The notes under the pieces: generated by a model
What the model was told of the DNA's origin: nothing
Database searches by the model: none
The model's input: the letters and a program-made list of their open reading frames with translations, nothing else
In this document: piece after piece, positions 43,414-53,748 of the stretch
Numbering within the stretch: the first letter of the stretch is position 1
Layout: each line of letters starts with the position of its first letter
Assembly: GCA_965261595.1 (NCBI GenBank)
Contig: CBDHDG010000006.1
Coordinates: 832,001-896,000 of the forward strand
Length of the DNA: 64,000 nt
Origin: a bacterium
Lineage (GTDB): Bacteria > UBA8248 > JACPRG01 > G963555815
Direction: 5' to 3'
Translations under genes and position numbers: made by a program

Positions 43414-43673
43414 AATTCAAGACTTGATCCAGGAATGATTCCGGTCTTGGAAAGAGCGCCCTGTCTTTTCGCGTCGGAGGAGCGGATATTCCTGCCCACC
43501 CGCTTCTCAACCCGGTCATTTCCTTGCGCCCCTCCCCGGAAGGATTGAATCGAGAGGGGGGAGGGGGGGAGGCGTCCCGCATTTCAGACGCGGGGCTCTT
43601 CAAGGCTTTCCGTCCGAGTCAAGCGAAGGCATGGAGTCCATCAATTGTCCGAAAATCCCGACGCACGTAAACC

Positions 43674-44613
43674 ATGACTTCTTCCGACGCAATCCTCGCG
43701 GCCCTATCAGCGGCGTTATTCTTTTCTCTGGCCGATATCTCCCTGAAAAAGGCGCTCCAGTATTCCTCCCCGACCATGGCCATCAACGTGATCTCCTGGA
43801 TCGAGTGGGTGCTCTTTACCGTCATCTGTTGGGTAACCGGGGCGTTTTCGCACATTTCCAACCCAACCTTCCCCTGGTTTTTTCTGACGGGGTTCATGAA
43901 TCCCGTCTTGTTCCTCATTCTTTTACATGCTCGGCATTCGGCGGATTGGAGTCGTCCGCTCGGCGCCCTTGAAGAGCTGCTCGCCCATCGTCTCCGTCAT
44001 TTGCGCCTTCGTCGTATTGGGTGAACGGCTTGCCGCCCTCCAGTATGTGGGAATCGCATTGACGATTGGCGGTCTTTTCGTCATCACGTCCGAAGGCCTG
44101 AGGGGAGGGGGTGCCATGCGGGCCCATCCCGAGGACCCTTCGCGGGACGCCCAAGGGTCCCCTTCCGAAAAAGGAGAACTTTATCTGAGACTCGGTTACC
44201 TCTTTCCGATTCTGGCTGGAGTCTCGACCGGCATTTCCTCCGTCTTGTTCAAAACCGTGATGAAAACCCTTCCTGTCCCCGTCTTGGGGGCCTGGGTCGG
44301 CGTGTCCTTGGCCGTCCTTCTTTATCCTTTCGTGGCTTTCCTCTTTCCGCCCGGGGCGCGATTCCGCATCCAGCGATCCGCCTGGCCCTGGCTGATCTGT
44401 GGGGGCGTGACCGCGACGGCGGCCATTTACTCGCTGTTCACCGCCATTCATCTCGGGCTGGTTTCCATCGTCACGACGCTCTATCAGATTTCGCCGCTCA
44501 TCATTCTGGCGCTGGCCGTCCTGATCCTACGCGAGCTGGAAAGGGTCACGCCCCGGGTGGTCGTGGGGGCCATCCTCACTGTGGGCGGGGGGATATTGGT
44601 CACCATCATGTGA
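43674..44613 (+). CDS. DMT/EamA transporter, frameshift near 43925
   Basis: Hydrophobic; GIRRIGVVRSAPL, LGERL, LERVTPRVVVG. Confidence 0.8.
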
Positions 44614-44708
44614 CGGCGCTCATCGTCGTAACCCGGCATCTTTTGGTTTGACCCGATCGACGAAGGATTGATTTTGGCATCCGACTTCCCCCCTCGCGAG
44701 GTTTCCGG

Positions 44709-45641
44709 ATAACGTCCTCTTACGCCATCGCCGTCGCCATCGGCGCCGCGCTGGCCTTCGCCGTCACCGAAGTCAGCCTGCGGAACAGTCTCCGGTTCGC
44801 CAGCCTGGTGACCGTCTCGATTCTGACGCTGTTGATTCAGTGTCTGATCCTGTCCACCTTGATCGTCATGACGGGAAGGTTCTCGGAGATGACCGCCGCT
44901 GGAGCGGGGTGGTTCCTCCTGGCGGGCTTGGGGAACCCCGTCTTCCACATGGTCTTTTATTTTCTCGGCATCCAGCGAATCGGCATCGTCCGATCCGCGC
45001 CCCTGAAGGGGTCCGGCCCAATTTTTTCGGTGATCTTCGCCTTCGGATTTTTGGGGGAGCGCCTCATCCTTTTGCAATATCTCGGGATTGCGATGGTCGT
45101 GGGGGGGATCCTGATCATCTCGACCGAAGGCTGGAGCCGGAATGTTCCTCAAACCTCCCCGCCGCCGTCAGGCCCGCCATTGGACAAAGACCGGCCGAAC
45201 GCCGCTCCTCATCGAAGGGCGGTTTATCTCCTGCCGGTTCTGGCGGGGCTGATGGGCGCGATCGCCTCCATTCTCTTCAAAACGGCCATGAAGAAAATGC
45301 CATCCCCCCTGTTGGGCATCTGGCTCGGGTCAGCGGAGGGGCTTCTGCTTTTTCCGCTGATTGCGCTGCTCTTCCCCGCGGGTCAGCGGTATCGGTTCAA
45401 TCCGTCCGCGATCCCCTGGCTGATCTCGGCGGGGGTGTGCGGGTCGGCGGCGATGTACGGGCTGGTCCTCTCCATCGGCCTCGGGCAGGTGTCGGTCGTC
45501 TTCACACTCGCCCAGAGTTCGCCCGTCTTCGTAATTCTCATATCGGTCCTTTTTTTGAGAAAGCTGGAACGAGTCACGCCCCGGGTGGTCTTGGGAGGAT
45601 TGATGACGGTCGGCGGAGGGATTCTGGTCAGTGTGCTTTGA
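44709..45641 (+). CDS. DMT/EamA transporter, tandem paralog; apparent ATA at the start position
   Basis: GIQRIGIVRSAPL, LERVTPRVVLG; frame extends upstream to ITSSYAI, matching MTSSDAI of the paralog. Confidence 0.8.
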   Translation: MTSSYAIAVAIGAALAFAVTEVSLRNSLRFASLVTVSILTLLIQCLILSTLIVMTGRFSEMTAAGAGWFLLAGLGNPVFHMVFYFLGIQRIGIVRSAPLKGSGPIFSVIFAFGFLGERLILLQYLGIAMVVGGILIISTEGWSRNVPQTSPPPSGPPLDKDRPNAAPHRRAVYLLPVLAGLMGAIASILFKTAMKKMPSPLLGIWLGSAEGLLLFPLIALLFPAGQRYRFNPSAIPWLISAGVCGSAAMYGLVLSIGLGQVSVVFTLAQSSPVFVILISVLFLRKLERVTPRVVLGGLMTVGGGILVSVL

Positions 45642-45900
45642 AGGGGTTCTCGGATGGATTGTTTGGATTCGCGGGAAAGCCGCCGATGGCCATCCCCGCT
45701 GAAACCATCCACTTTGCGAAAAAATGCGGCCTAAAACGGTTGATTGATGCCCGACTGTCCGACTCGGGCGTGAAACGGCTATAATACGCAAAAGCCAATT
45801 TCCAGATGGGCGGGTTCCCGCCTGGTCCCAAAACAGGAGGCCGACTCGGGATTTTCAAGCGTAGCTGATCGCCTTCCCCAACCACAGAGAGCGAGACAAC

Positions 45901-46716
45901 ATGGACAGCCAATATGAAACCATACGAATCGACAAGGCGGACGGGATCACCACCCTCATGTTCAACCGCCCGGAGAAAAAAAACGCGATGAGCCCGCAAC
46001 TCCACCGCGAGATGAGGGAGGCCCTCGAAATCCTGGAGGACGACGAGGAGACCCGCGTCCTGGTCCTCACGGGGGCCGGGGACAGCTTTTGCGCGGGACA
46101 GGATCTTCATGAATTCTTCGCCAAGCTCGAAGACAAACCCATCGAGCGCCGCCGCGCGTCCAAGATTTCCGCCGAATGGCAGGGCGTGAAGCTTCGGCTG
46201 TTCGCGAAACCCACCATCGCGGCCGTCAACGGCTGGTGCTTCGGGGGGGCGTTCATCCCCATGGCCGCGTGCGACCTGGCGATAGCCGCGGAGGAGGCGA
46301 AATTCGGCCTGAGCGAGATCAACTTCGGCAACTTCCCCGGCGGACAGGTCACCGTGGCGCTCGATAAACTTCTGCGGCCCAGGGATTTTCTCTACTACGC
46401 GATGACGGGAGAGACTTTCGACGGACGGACCGCGGCGGCCATGGGTCTGGTCAACTTCGCCGTTCCCCGAAAAGACCTTGACGACGCCGTGCGCAAGCTG
46501 GCCGGAAAGCTCCTCGAAAAAGACCCCGTGGCCCTGCGCCAAGTGAAAGAAGTCTACAAGTACGGGGAGCAGATGAACTGGGAACAGGGCTACGCTTGGG
46601 CCATGGCCAAGGGGAACGAGCTGACCTTTCACCAGGACGGGGCCTGGGTGAACAAGGGGATTGCCCAGTTCCGGGACAAGAAATACAAGCCCGGACTGGG
46701 GTCGTTCAAGAAATAA
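45901..46716 (+). CDS. Hydroxycinnamoyl-CoA hydratase/lyase-like crotonase
   Basis: NRPEKKNAMSP, AGQDLHEFF, KPTIAAVNGWCFGG, FGLSEINFG, YYAMTGETFDG, KYKPGL. Confidence 0.8.
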   Translation: MDSQYETIRIDKADGITTLMFNRPEKKNAMSPQLHREMREALEILEDDEETRVLVLTGAGDSFCAGQDLHEFFAKLEDKPIERRRASKISAEWQGVKLRLFAKPTIAAVNGWCFGGAFIPMAACDLAIAAEEAKFGLSEINFGNFPGGQVTVALDKLLRPRDFLYYAMTGETFDGRTAAAMGLVNFAVPRKDLDDAVRKLAGKLLEKDPVALRQVKEVYKYGEQMNWEQGYAWAMAKGNELTFHQDGAWVNKGIAQFRDKKYKPGLGSFKK

Positions 46717-46741
46717 AATCCGAAAACCCCGCGTTCGCGGG

Positions 46742-46974
46742 AAAACTGGCCGGTTGGCCGGAGGCCGCGGCTGCCGAAGACACGCAAGTGTCGTAGGCAG
46801 ACGGGCATCCGGCCAAAGATTCAAGGCGTCGCGGGCCACAGCCGACCGCCATAGCCAATCAGACACCCACCCCCCGAAGGCCAAGCCCGAGGCTTGGCCG
46901 CAGAAAGTTTTTCAGGGGGTTCCCAACCCCTGGGAGGGGTCCAGGGGGGCGGTTTTACAAAAAAGCCCCCTTGG
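46742..46974. repeat. ~230-bp intergenic repeat (MITE-like), second copy at 59041-59280
   Basis: Shared blocks aaactggcc..ttggccg, gacgggcatccggccaaaga, aaggccaagcc..ggcttggcc, ggggtccaggggg..aaaaaagccccc. Confidence 0.7.
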
Positions 46975-47013
46975 CGATCTTTTTGTGTCCCCATCTGTGA
47001 GGAAAAAACCCGC

Positions 47014-48159
47014 ATGGACTTCGAGCTTCCCGGGGAGTTGAAGCTTCTTCGCGACATGGTTCGGGACTTCGTCAAGAAGGCGTTGCTGCCCCTGGAGAAC
47101 CAGGTGGAAGAGGCCGACGACGTTTCCCCCGACCTCCTGCGGGAGCTCCGCGTTCAGGCTCGGGACCTGGGCCTTCTGGGGCTTTGCATTCCCAAGGAAT
47201 GCGGCGGGGCCGGGATGGGGATGCTTGCCAACTGCGTCGTGCGGGAGGAGCTGGGGCGGACGAGTCTGGCCATGTCCTACACCGTCCGGGGCCCCTCGCC
47301 GATCCTGTCGCTGGGCACGGCCGAGCAGCGGGAGCGGTACCTCGCGCCGTGCCTGCGGGCCGAGAAGCGGGACTGCTTCTCCCTGACCGAGCCCAACGCC
47401 GGCTCCGACGCTGCGGCCATTCAGAGCACCGCCGTCCGGGACGGGGACGACTTCATATTGAACGGGACAAAGATCTTCGTGACCGACGGCGTGAAGGCGG
47501 ACTTCGTGATCGTCTTCGCCGTGACGGACAAGGAGAAGCGGGCGCGGGGCGGGATCACGGCCTTTCTGGTGGACAAAGGGACGTCGGGGTTCGAGGTGGG
47601 GTCGGTGTTCAAGAAGATGGGCTGGCGGGGAACGGACCTGGCGGAGCTGGTCTTTATCGACTGCCGGGTTCCGGCGGCGCAGGTGCTGGGTGAGGTGGGT
47701 CAGGGGTTCGCGCTGGCGATGAAGTGGATCGACACCGGCCGGCTGGGGATAGCGTCGGCCGCCCTGGGGACGGCCGAGCGGCTGTTGGAGATGGCGACCG
47801 ATTACGCGGGCCAGCGAGAAACGTTCGGCCGGCGGCTGGCGGAGCGTCAGGCGATTCAGTGGATGATCGCCGATTCGGCGACCGAGCTCAAGGCGGCGCG
47901 GCTGTTGGTCTACCAGGCGGCGTGGAGCGGGGAGCAGGGGCGGGACACGCGTCAGGCGGCGGCGATGGCGAAGCTGTACGCCACCGAGATGGTGGGCCGG
48001 GTCGCGGACCGCGCGCTCCAGATCCACGGCGGGATGGGGTACATGAAGGACCTCCCCATCGAGCGCATGTACCGCGACGTCCGGATGGGTCGTATCGCCG
48101 ACGGCACATCGGAGATCCTTCGCTCCCTCATCGCCCGGGGGATTTTGAAGGGGGGATAG
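47014..48159 (+). CDS. Acyl-CoA dehydrogenase (paralog of 29659-30801)
   Basis: LTEPNAGSD, TDKEKRARGGITAF, QIHGGMGY. Confidence 0.92.
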   Translation: MDFELPGELKLLRDMVRDFVKKALLPLENQVEEADDVSPDLLRELRVQARDLGLLGLCIPKECGGAGMGMLANCVVREELGRTSLAMSYTVRGPSPILSLGTAEQRERYLAPCLRAEKRDCFSLTEPNAGSDAAAIQSTAVRDGDDFILNGTKIFVTDGVKADFVIVFAVTDKEKRARGGITAFLVDKGTSGFEVGSVFKKMGWRGTDLAELVFIDCRVPAAQVLGEVGQGFALAMKWIDTGRLGIASAALGTAERLLEMATDYAGQRETFGRRLAERQAIQWMIADSATELKAARLLVYQAAWSGEQGRDTRQAAAMAKLYATEMVGRVADRALQIHGGMGYMKDLPIERMYRDVRMGRIADGTSEILRSLIARGILKGG

Positions 48160-48230
48160 GCCGTAATTAGCACAAAGATTTCGTTACAGGCGCGTGTATG
48201 ATCGGCGCTTGGATTGTTGGCCAACGCATC

Positions 48231-48328
48231 GGGGCGGGTACGGAGCCCCGCCCCTACATTTCAGAGCCGTACCATCAAATCCGGTGTAGGGGTGGGGCGA
48301 GAGTCGGTGGGCTCCCGTACCCGCCCCC
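48231..48328. repeat. GTAG-type REP pair
   Basis: ggggcgggtacggagccccgcccctaca ... tgtaggggtgggg..cccgtacccgcccc. Confidence 0.6.
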
Positions 48329-48361
48329 CCCGACGGCGGCATCACCCGCGATACGCCTCGC

Positions 48362-50083
48362 TTATCTCTCCCCTCCCGCACCACCATCGATCTCGATTCC
48401 ATAATCCGCCCGGGCCTTTTCCGGGGAGAGGATGCCGTTCCGCACGTCCCGGCGCACGGCCTCGGGATCGCGCCCTCCGGGGTCGCCCCAGCCGCCGCCC
48501 GCGGCGGATTGGATGCGCAGAACCCCGCACCCGACCTCCCGGATGCCGTAGGCCGGAAGCGCCTCCTCCGGTTCGCCGTCATCCGGCCGGCCCCGGCGGC
48601 GGAAAGTGACCTGGGCCGGTTCGCCCTCCCCGCCCCCGCTGACCCCGAACCCGCTCGGCGCGCCCTGCCCCTCTCCGCGAAAACACAGGGTCCCGGGGAC
48701 CAGGAGCTCCACTTGGTAATCCACGCCCGTTCCGCCGCGAAACTCCCCCGGTCCGCACGTGTCCCGCCGGAGCTCGTGCTTGAGGAACCGGACGGGACAG
48801 ATTCGCTCGATGGATTCCAGGTTGGGGATGGTCATTCCGCCCATGCAGATGGGAGAGGAGATTTGATCGAACCCGTCCCTTTCGTCCATGGCGCCCGCAC
48901 CGGCGTATCCGGCGAGGTTGAACATCACAAAAACCCTCCCATGGCGGTCGAGCCCCGAGAAAGTGGGGTTGGCCATCTTCCCCCAGCCCCCGCAGACGCG
49001 GTGCGGATCGGTCCGCGCCAGGGCTTTCCAGCAACAGTTGATGATCTCGTGGGCGGGATGGAGGGTCGAGAATGTCACGGCGGCGGGCTCGGTGCAGTTC
49101 ACCACTGTGCCCTCGGGCGCGATGATCCGAATCGTCCTGTACATCCCCTCGTTGTGCGGGATCCGGGGGTCTACAACGGTGGCCAGGGCCGTGTAGACGG
49201 CCGAATACGTATTGGGCAGGGAGCTGTTTTTGAAAGAGGGGACCTGGGGGTCCGTCCCGGTGAAATCGGCCGTGACGTCACCCCCCCGGATCTCCAGCCG
49301 GAGACGGATCGTCACGTCCCGGACATCGAAGCCGTCGTTGTCCATGGTCTCCGTCGCCTCGTACACCCCGTCGGGAATCTTCTCCAGCTCCAGCCGCATT
49401 CTCCGCTCGCTGTAATCCAGCAGGGCTTCGCAGTAGCGGCGGAGCGTCTCCCAACCGCGTTCCAGGATGAGCTCTTCGATCCAGGCCGCGCCTCTTTTGA
49501 CCGAACCGATCATCGCGCCTACGTCTCCGGCCAGGATGTCCGGGCGGCGGCAATTGATCTTGAGCAATTCCAGGACGTCGGCTCGCGGGACGCCTCGGAC
49601 CTCAAGCTTGAGCGGCGGGATGCGCAGGCCCTCGTGGAAGATTTCCTTCGCCTTGGGGTTGTACGTGCCCGCCGCGCCGCCGCCGATGTCGAGTTGGTGG
49701 GAGCGGATGCACGTGAAGGCCGCGAGCCGGGCGTCCGCGAATACGGGCGCGAAGACGGTCCAGTCGGGCAGGTGGTTTCCGCCGGCCGTATAGACATCGT
49801 TGGAAACGAGAATGTCCCCGGGCCGGATGTCGTCCCCGAAGAACTCCAGGAGGGCGCGCACGGCGAACCCGCCGCCCCCCGTGTGGATGGGGATGCCCTC
49901 CGCCTGGGAGAGAAGCCGGCCCTGGTCATCGGTGAGAAAGCAGGAGAAATCATGTCCCTGGCTGGCCAGGGAGCTCCGGGCCGTCCGCGTCATCACGACG
50001 CCCATCCGGTGGGTGATGGAATCCAGCTTTTTCTGGATGATCGTCAGCTCGGCGGGGTCGATGGCGGCTTTGATCGGGTCCAT
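48362..50083 (-). CDS. Hydantoinase B/oxoprolinase subunit
   Basis: NDVYTAGGNHLPD, HQLDIGG, HEGLRIP, GPGEFRGG, GGGWGD. Confidence 0.9.
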   Translation of the reverse strand: MDPIKAAIDPAELTIIQKKLDSITHRMGVVMTRTARSSLASQGHDFSCFLTDDQGRLLSQAEGIPIHTGGGGFAVRALLEFFGDDIRPGDILVSNDVYTAGGNHLPDWTVFAPVFADARLAAFTCIRSHQLDIGGGAAGTYNPKAKEIFHEGLRIPPLKLEVRGVPRADVLELLKINCRRPDILAGDVGAMIGSVKRGAAWIEELILERGWETLRRYCEALLDYSERRMRLELEKIPDGVYEATETMDNDGFDVRDVTIRLRLEIRGGDVTADFTGTDPQVPSFKNSSLPNTYSAVYTALATVVDPRIPHNEGMYRTIRIIAPEGTVVNCTEPAAVTFSTLHPAHEIINCCWKALARTDPHRVCGGWGKMANPTFSGLDRHGRVFVMFNLAGYAGAGAMDERDGFDQISSPICMGGMTIPNLESIERICPVRFLKHELRRDTCGPGEFRGGTGVDYQVELLVPGTLCFRGEGQGAPSGFGVSGGGEGEPAQVTFRRRGRPDDGEPEEALPAYGIREVGCGVLRIQSAAGGGWGDPGGRDPEAVRRDVRNGILSPEKARADYGIEIDGGAGGER

Positions 50084-50085
50084 CC

Positions 50086-52173
50086 TCAGCCCTTTTCCTT
50101 CAGAAGAAGATAGTTTCCATACGCGTCCACCTCGACCGCGTCTCCCGGCGCGACCCACAAGGTGGTGGCAGGCTCTTCAATAAGCAGAGGGCCCGAGAGC
50201 CGGGTCCCCGGTTTCAGCGCCGGCCCCTTCACGACGGCCGCGGAGACGGGCGGACCCGGCGCGTCCAGGCTCACTTCCCGCCGATCGGCCGATCCGGCCG
50301 AAGAGACGGCCCGGGCGTCGGCCCGCGACCCGCCCGCCAGGGCGGGGGTGCGCGCGATGGCGATGACGCGAAGGCTCAAAACGTCGATGACGCCGCTCGG
50401 GTCCTGATGCCCATAGAGCGCCTCGTGACGCTCGTGAAAGGCCGCCGCCAATACGCCAAGCGGATCGGGGCTTTCAAGAGCCGGAAGGGTCACGGGAATG
50501 CTCCAGTGCTGCCCCCGGTAGCGAAGGTCGGCTTCAAGCTCCATCTCCACGTCCTCGGCCCGTACGCCCATCTCCAGAAACTCTTCCCGGGCGCTTGCCG
50601 TCAATCGCCGGAATACGCCCTTCAGCTCCTCCGGCGGGGCCGTGGCAAGGTCCCCGTTGAAGCTTTGCACGTAGTCCTGACGAAGGTCGGCGTGAAGAAG
50701 GCCGAGCGCGCTGAAGACGGCCGCCTGCCTGGGGACGTAGACGCGGCGGATGCCCAGCGCCTCCGCCAGCGCGCCCGCGTGAAGCGGCCCGGCGCCGCCG
50801 GCGGCGATCAGCGTGAAATCCCGGGGGTCTCTCCCTTTTTCAAGGCTGATCATCTCCAGCGCGCTGATCATGTTCTGATTGGCGATCCGAACAATGGCCC
50901 GCGCCGCCTCGATGGGCGACAGGCCGAGGGGTTCGGCGATCTTTTGCCGGATGACCGCCTCCGCCCGCTCCCGGTCGATGGAAATCTCCCCCCCGGCAAA
51001 GTCGTCGGTTCCCAACCGGCCCAGGATCAGGTTGGCGTCGGTGACGGTCGGTTCTTCGCCGCCGCGGCCGTAACAGACCGGTCCCGGGTCCGCCCCGGAC
51101 CCACGCGGACCCACGCAAAGCATGCCGCCGGGATCGACGAAGGCGATCGTTCCCCCACCGGTCCCGATGGTTTTGACCTCCAGTGAAGGCGTGGCCAAAT
51201 GGTAGCCCTCGACCTCCACCACATCCGCCGTCGGTATCCTTCCGTTGACGACGACCGAGAGGTCGCAGCTCGTTCCGCCCATATCGAGAATCAGCAGGTT
51301 CAAGTCCCCAACGGCCTTGCCATACTGAAAACCGGCCGCCGTCGCCGCGGCCGGTCCGGAAAGGACGAGCATCCCCGGCCGGCGGACGCTACGCTCGGGA
51401 TCCAGGACACCCCCGTTTCCCTGGATGATCAGGGGCTTCGCGCGCAGTCCCCGCGACTTCAGCTCGGCGTCGAGCGCGTTCAGGTAAGAAGCGGCGCCCG
51501 GCGCGACGTAGGCGTGAATGGCGGTCGTCGAAGCGCGCTCATATTCCCCGGCCACCGGGAGGACGTCGGACGAGAGCAAGACGGGGACGCCGGGCATCAC
51601 CGCACCGGCCCGCTCCTTGACGGCCACCTCATGCCGGCCGTCGGCATAGGCGTTGAACAGGCAGACCGCCACCGCTTCCACCCCGTGGGCCTTGAGATGC
51701 GTCAATGCGTCCTCCATGCTCTCTTCGTCCAGGGGGACCAGGGGCTCTCCGAAGCAATCCATCCGCTCGCGGACCCCGACCCGGAGGTGACGGGGGACGA
51801 GATCCGGCGGATTGGGCGTCCTCATGTCCCAGACCGATTCCCGGGCGCCCCGGCGCAGGGCCAGGGAGTCGCGAAACCCCTCGGTCGCGATCAGCCCCAC
51901 CTTCGCGCCCGCCCGCTGGACCATCAGGTTGGTGCAAACCGTCGTCCCGTGAACGAACGAAGAGGCCCTTTTCAGGAGGTCCGGCGCGCTTTCCGACCAT
52001 CGGCCGGCCGCCTTCGCCAAACCCCGAAAGATCCCTTCGAGCAGGTTGTCGGGCGTTGTCGGGACTTTGAGGGAAATCAATTCCCCGGTGGATTCATCGG
52101 CCACCACGACATCGGTGAACGTGCCGCCTACGTCCACTCCGATTCGAACCGTCCCATTCGGTGATACACTCAT
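50086..52173 (-). CDS. Hydantoinase/5-oxoprolinase subunit A
   Basis: GVDVGGTFTD, HGTTVCTN, SGPAAA, DMGGTS. Confidence 0.9.
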   Translation of the reverse strand: MSVSPNGTVRIGVDVGGTFTDVVVADESTGELISLKVPTTPDNLLEGIFRGLAKAAGRWSESAPDLLKRASSFVHGTTVCTNLMVQRAGAKVGLIATEGFRDSLALRRGARESVWDMRTPNPPDLVPRHLRVGVRERMDCFGEPLVPLDEESMEDALTHLKAHGVEAVAVCLFNAYADGRHEVAVKERAGAVMPGVPVLLSSDVLPVAGEYERASTTAIHAYVAPGAASYLNALDAELKSRGLRAKPLIIQGNGGVLDPERSVRRPGMLVLSGPAAATAAGFQYGKAVGDLNLLILDMGGTSCDLSVVVNGRIPTADVVEVEGYHLATPSLEVKTIGTGGGTIAFVDPGGMLCVGPRGSGADPGPVCYGRGGEEPTVTDANLILGRLGTDDFAGGEISIDRERAEAVIRQKIAEPLGLSPIEAARAIVRIANQNMISALEMISLEKGRDPRDFTLIAAGGAGPLHAGALAEALGIRRVYVPRQAAVFSALGLLHADLRQDYVQSFNGDLATAPPEELKGVFRRLTASAREEFLEMGVRAEDVEMELEADLRYRGQHWSIPVTLPALESPDPLGVLAAAFHERHEALYGHQDPSGVIDVLSLRVIAIARTPALAGGSRADARAVSSAGSADRREVSLDAPGPPVSAAVVKGPALKPGTRLSGPLLIEEPATTLWVAPGDAVEVDAYGNYLLLKEKG

Positions 52174-52193
52174 GTCTTGCCCGTTTGAGAGAA

Positions 52194-52273
52194 GGCGGGC
52201 AAGATGCCCACCCTGCCTGTTTTGAAACCACCGGGTTTCCGCCATTTGGTAGGCCGGGCATCTTGCCCGGCCG
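52194..52273. repeat. GTAG-type REP pair
   Basis: ggcgggcaagatgcccaccctgcc ... ggtaggccgggcatcttgcccggcc; same family at 55565-55640 and 59186-59240. Confidence 0.65.
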
Positions 52274-52370
52274 GAAAAGGACAATGCCGATCACAACATG
52301 GAAAACGATTTACGAGACACTCCACTAGATTCATTATAATGCGGGTCTCTAGAACCAAGGGAAGCACCGA

Positions 52371-53399
52371 ATGTCCTCAAACCCATCTCAGACCGCCAAG
52401 ACCAACTCCCTGATGATTGGAATGAGCTTCTTTCCCCGGGAAGGAAGGGAGTCCGCCCTCAAGGTCGTGGAAGCCGTCCAAGAGGCGGAGGCGGCGGGCT
52501 TCGACCGCGCCTGGATCGGAGACACCCAGGGGATCTACCGGGATCCTTATGTCACCCTCGCGCTGTGCGCCGAACGGACCGAGCGGATCCAACTGGGGAT
52601 CGCCGTGACGAATCCGGTCACCCGTCACCCCACGGTGACGGCGCGGGCCGTCTCGACGCTGGACGAGACCTGGCCCGGGCGGACCCTGCTGGGCCTGGGG
52701 GCGGGCGACACCTCCTTCAAACACCTGGGACTCGACCCGCTGGGGCCTGAAGAATGCGAAGAGGCGGTCCATTGTCTGCGTTCCCTCCTGGCCGGAGAGG
52801 ACGGAATGTTTCGGGGACAACAAATGCCCAAGCTGGAACATTACGAGGGCAGGCGCTTGCCCATCTATCTGGCGGCCAACGGGCCCCGGATGCTGCGAAC
52901 GGCCGGCCGCTGCGCCGACGGTGTCATCGCCTCCGTCGGCGTCGCCCCCGACCTGATCCAGTATGTCCTGGACTCGGTGAGGGAAGGCGCCGAGAGCGCC
53001 GGCAGGGACCCGGCGGAGGTCACCATCTCGATGACCATCGGCTGCGACATCTCCGAGGACCGGGCGCGGGCGCGAGAGAACGTCAAGACCTACGTCGCGC
53101 GCCGCGTGCTCGCCCCCCTCCCCTCGCGGTTGACCGGCTTCACAAAACAAGAGAAGGAAGAGTTCAGAAAGGCCTATACCATCTCGGGCCATCTTCAAAC
53201 GGACGCGCCCCACGCCCGATTGGTGCGCGACGAGTGGATCGATCGCTTCGCCCTGGGGGGGACGGCGGAGGAATGCGCGGACAAACTGCGCGTACTCGCC
53301 GGCATGGGGGTGAACGAGGTCATGCTCCTTCCCACAACCGCCAGCGCCGCCTCCCTCGCCCGGACCTTCGCCGAGACCGTGCGCCCCAAGCTCGGATGA
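52371..53399 (+). CDS. LLM-class (Mer-like) oxidoreductase
   Basis: AVTNPVTRHPTVTA, LGLGAGD, PIYLAANGPRML. Confidence 0.88.
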   Translation: MSSNPSQTAKTNSLMIGMSFFPREGRESALKVVEAVQEAEAAGFDRAWIGDTQGIYRDPYVTLALCAERTERIQLGIAVTNPVTRHPTVTARAVSTLDETWPGRTLLGLGAGDTSFKHLGLDPLGPEECEEAVHCLRSLLAGEDGMFRGQQMPKLEHYEGRRLPIYLAANGPRMLRTAGRCADGVIASVGVAPDLIQYVLDSVREGAESAGRDPAEVTISMTIGCDISEDRARARENVKTYVARRVLAPLPSRLTGFTKQEKEEFRKAYTISGHLQTDAPHARLVRDEWIDRFALGGTAEECADKLRVLAGMGVNEVMLLPTTASAASLARTFAETVRPKLG

Positions 53400-53748
53400 C
53401 CCGTCCATCAAGACGGACTGTCCAGTGTGAATGGCTTTTCCCTTCCGGCCCTGTATTCTCCGCCATTCGCGTTTCTCACAAAGACCAAGGCCGCGCACTC
53501 CACAGGCTCAACGGTCATCGGCTTCCCTTGCGAAGGCGGGAGGGGGAGGGGGAGGGATGGCATCGTTCGGGGGGCGATAAAGACCATTTTACCGATATCC
53601 CTTTGAAAACTTCATTCGACTCTGTACAGTCTATTCACCCCCCTTGACGGGTTTTGACCGGAGATCAAGATAGGGTGGGGTTTCCTCCGGGTTTAGAGAC
53701 TTTTTGACTTTGTCCTCTCCGCTGTCCTCTCTTCCGCCACTCGAGGGA

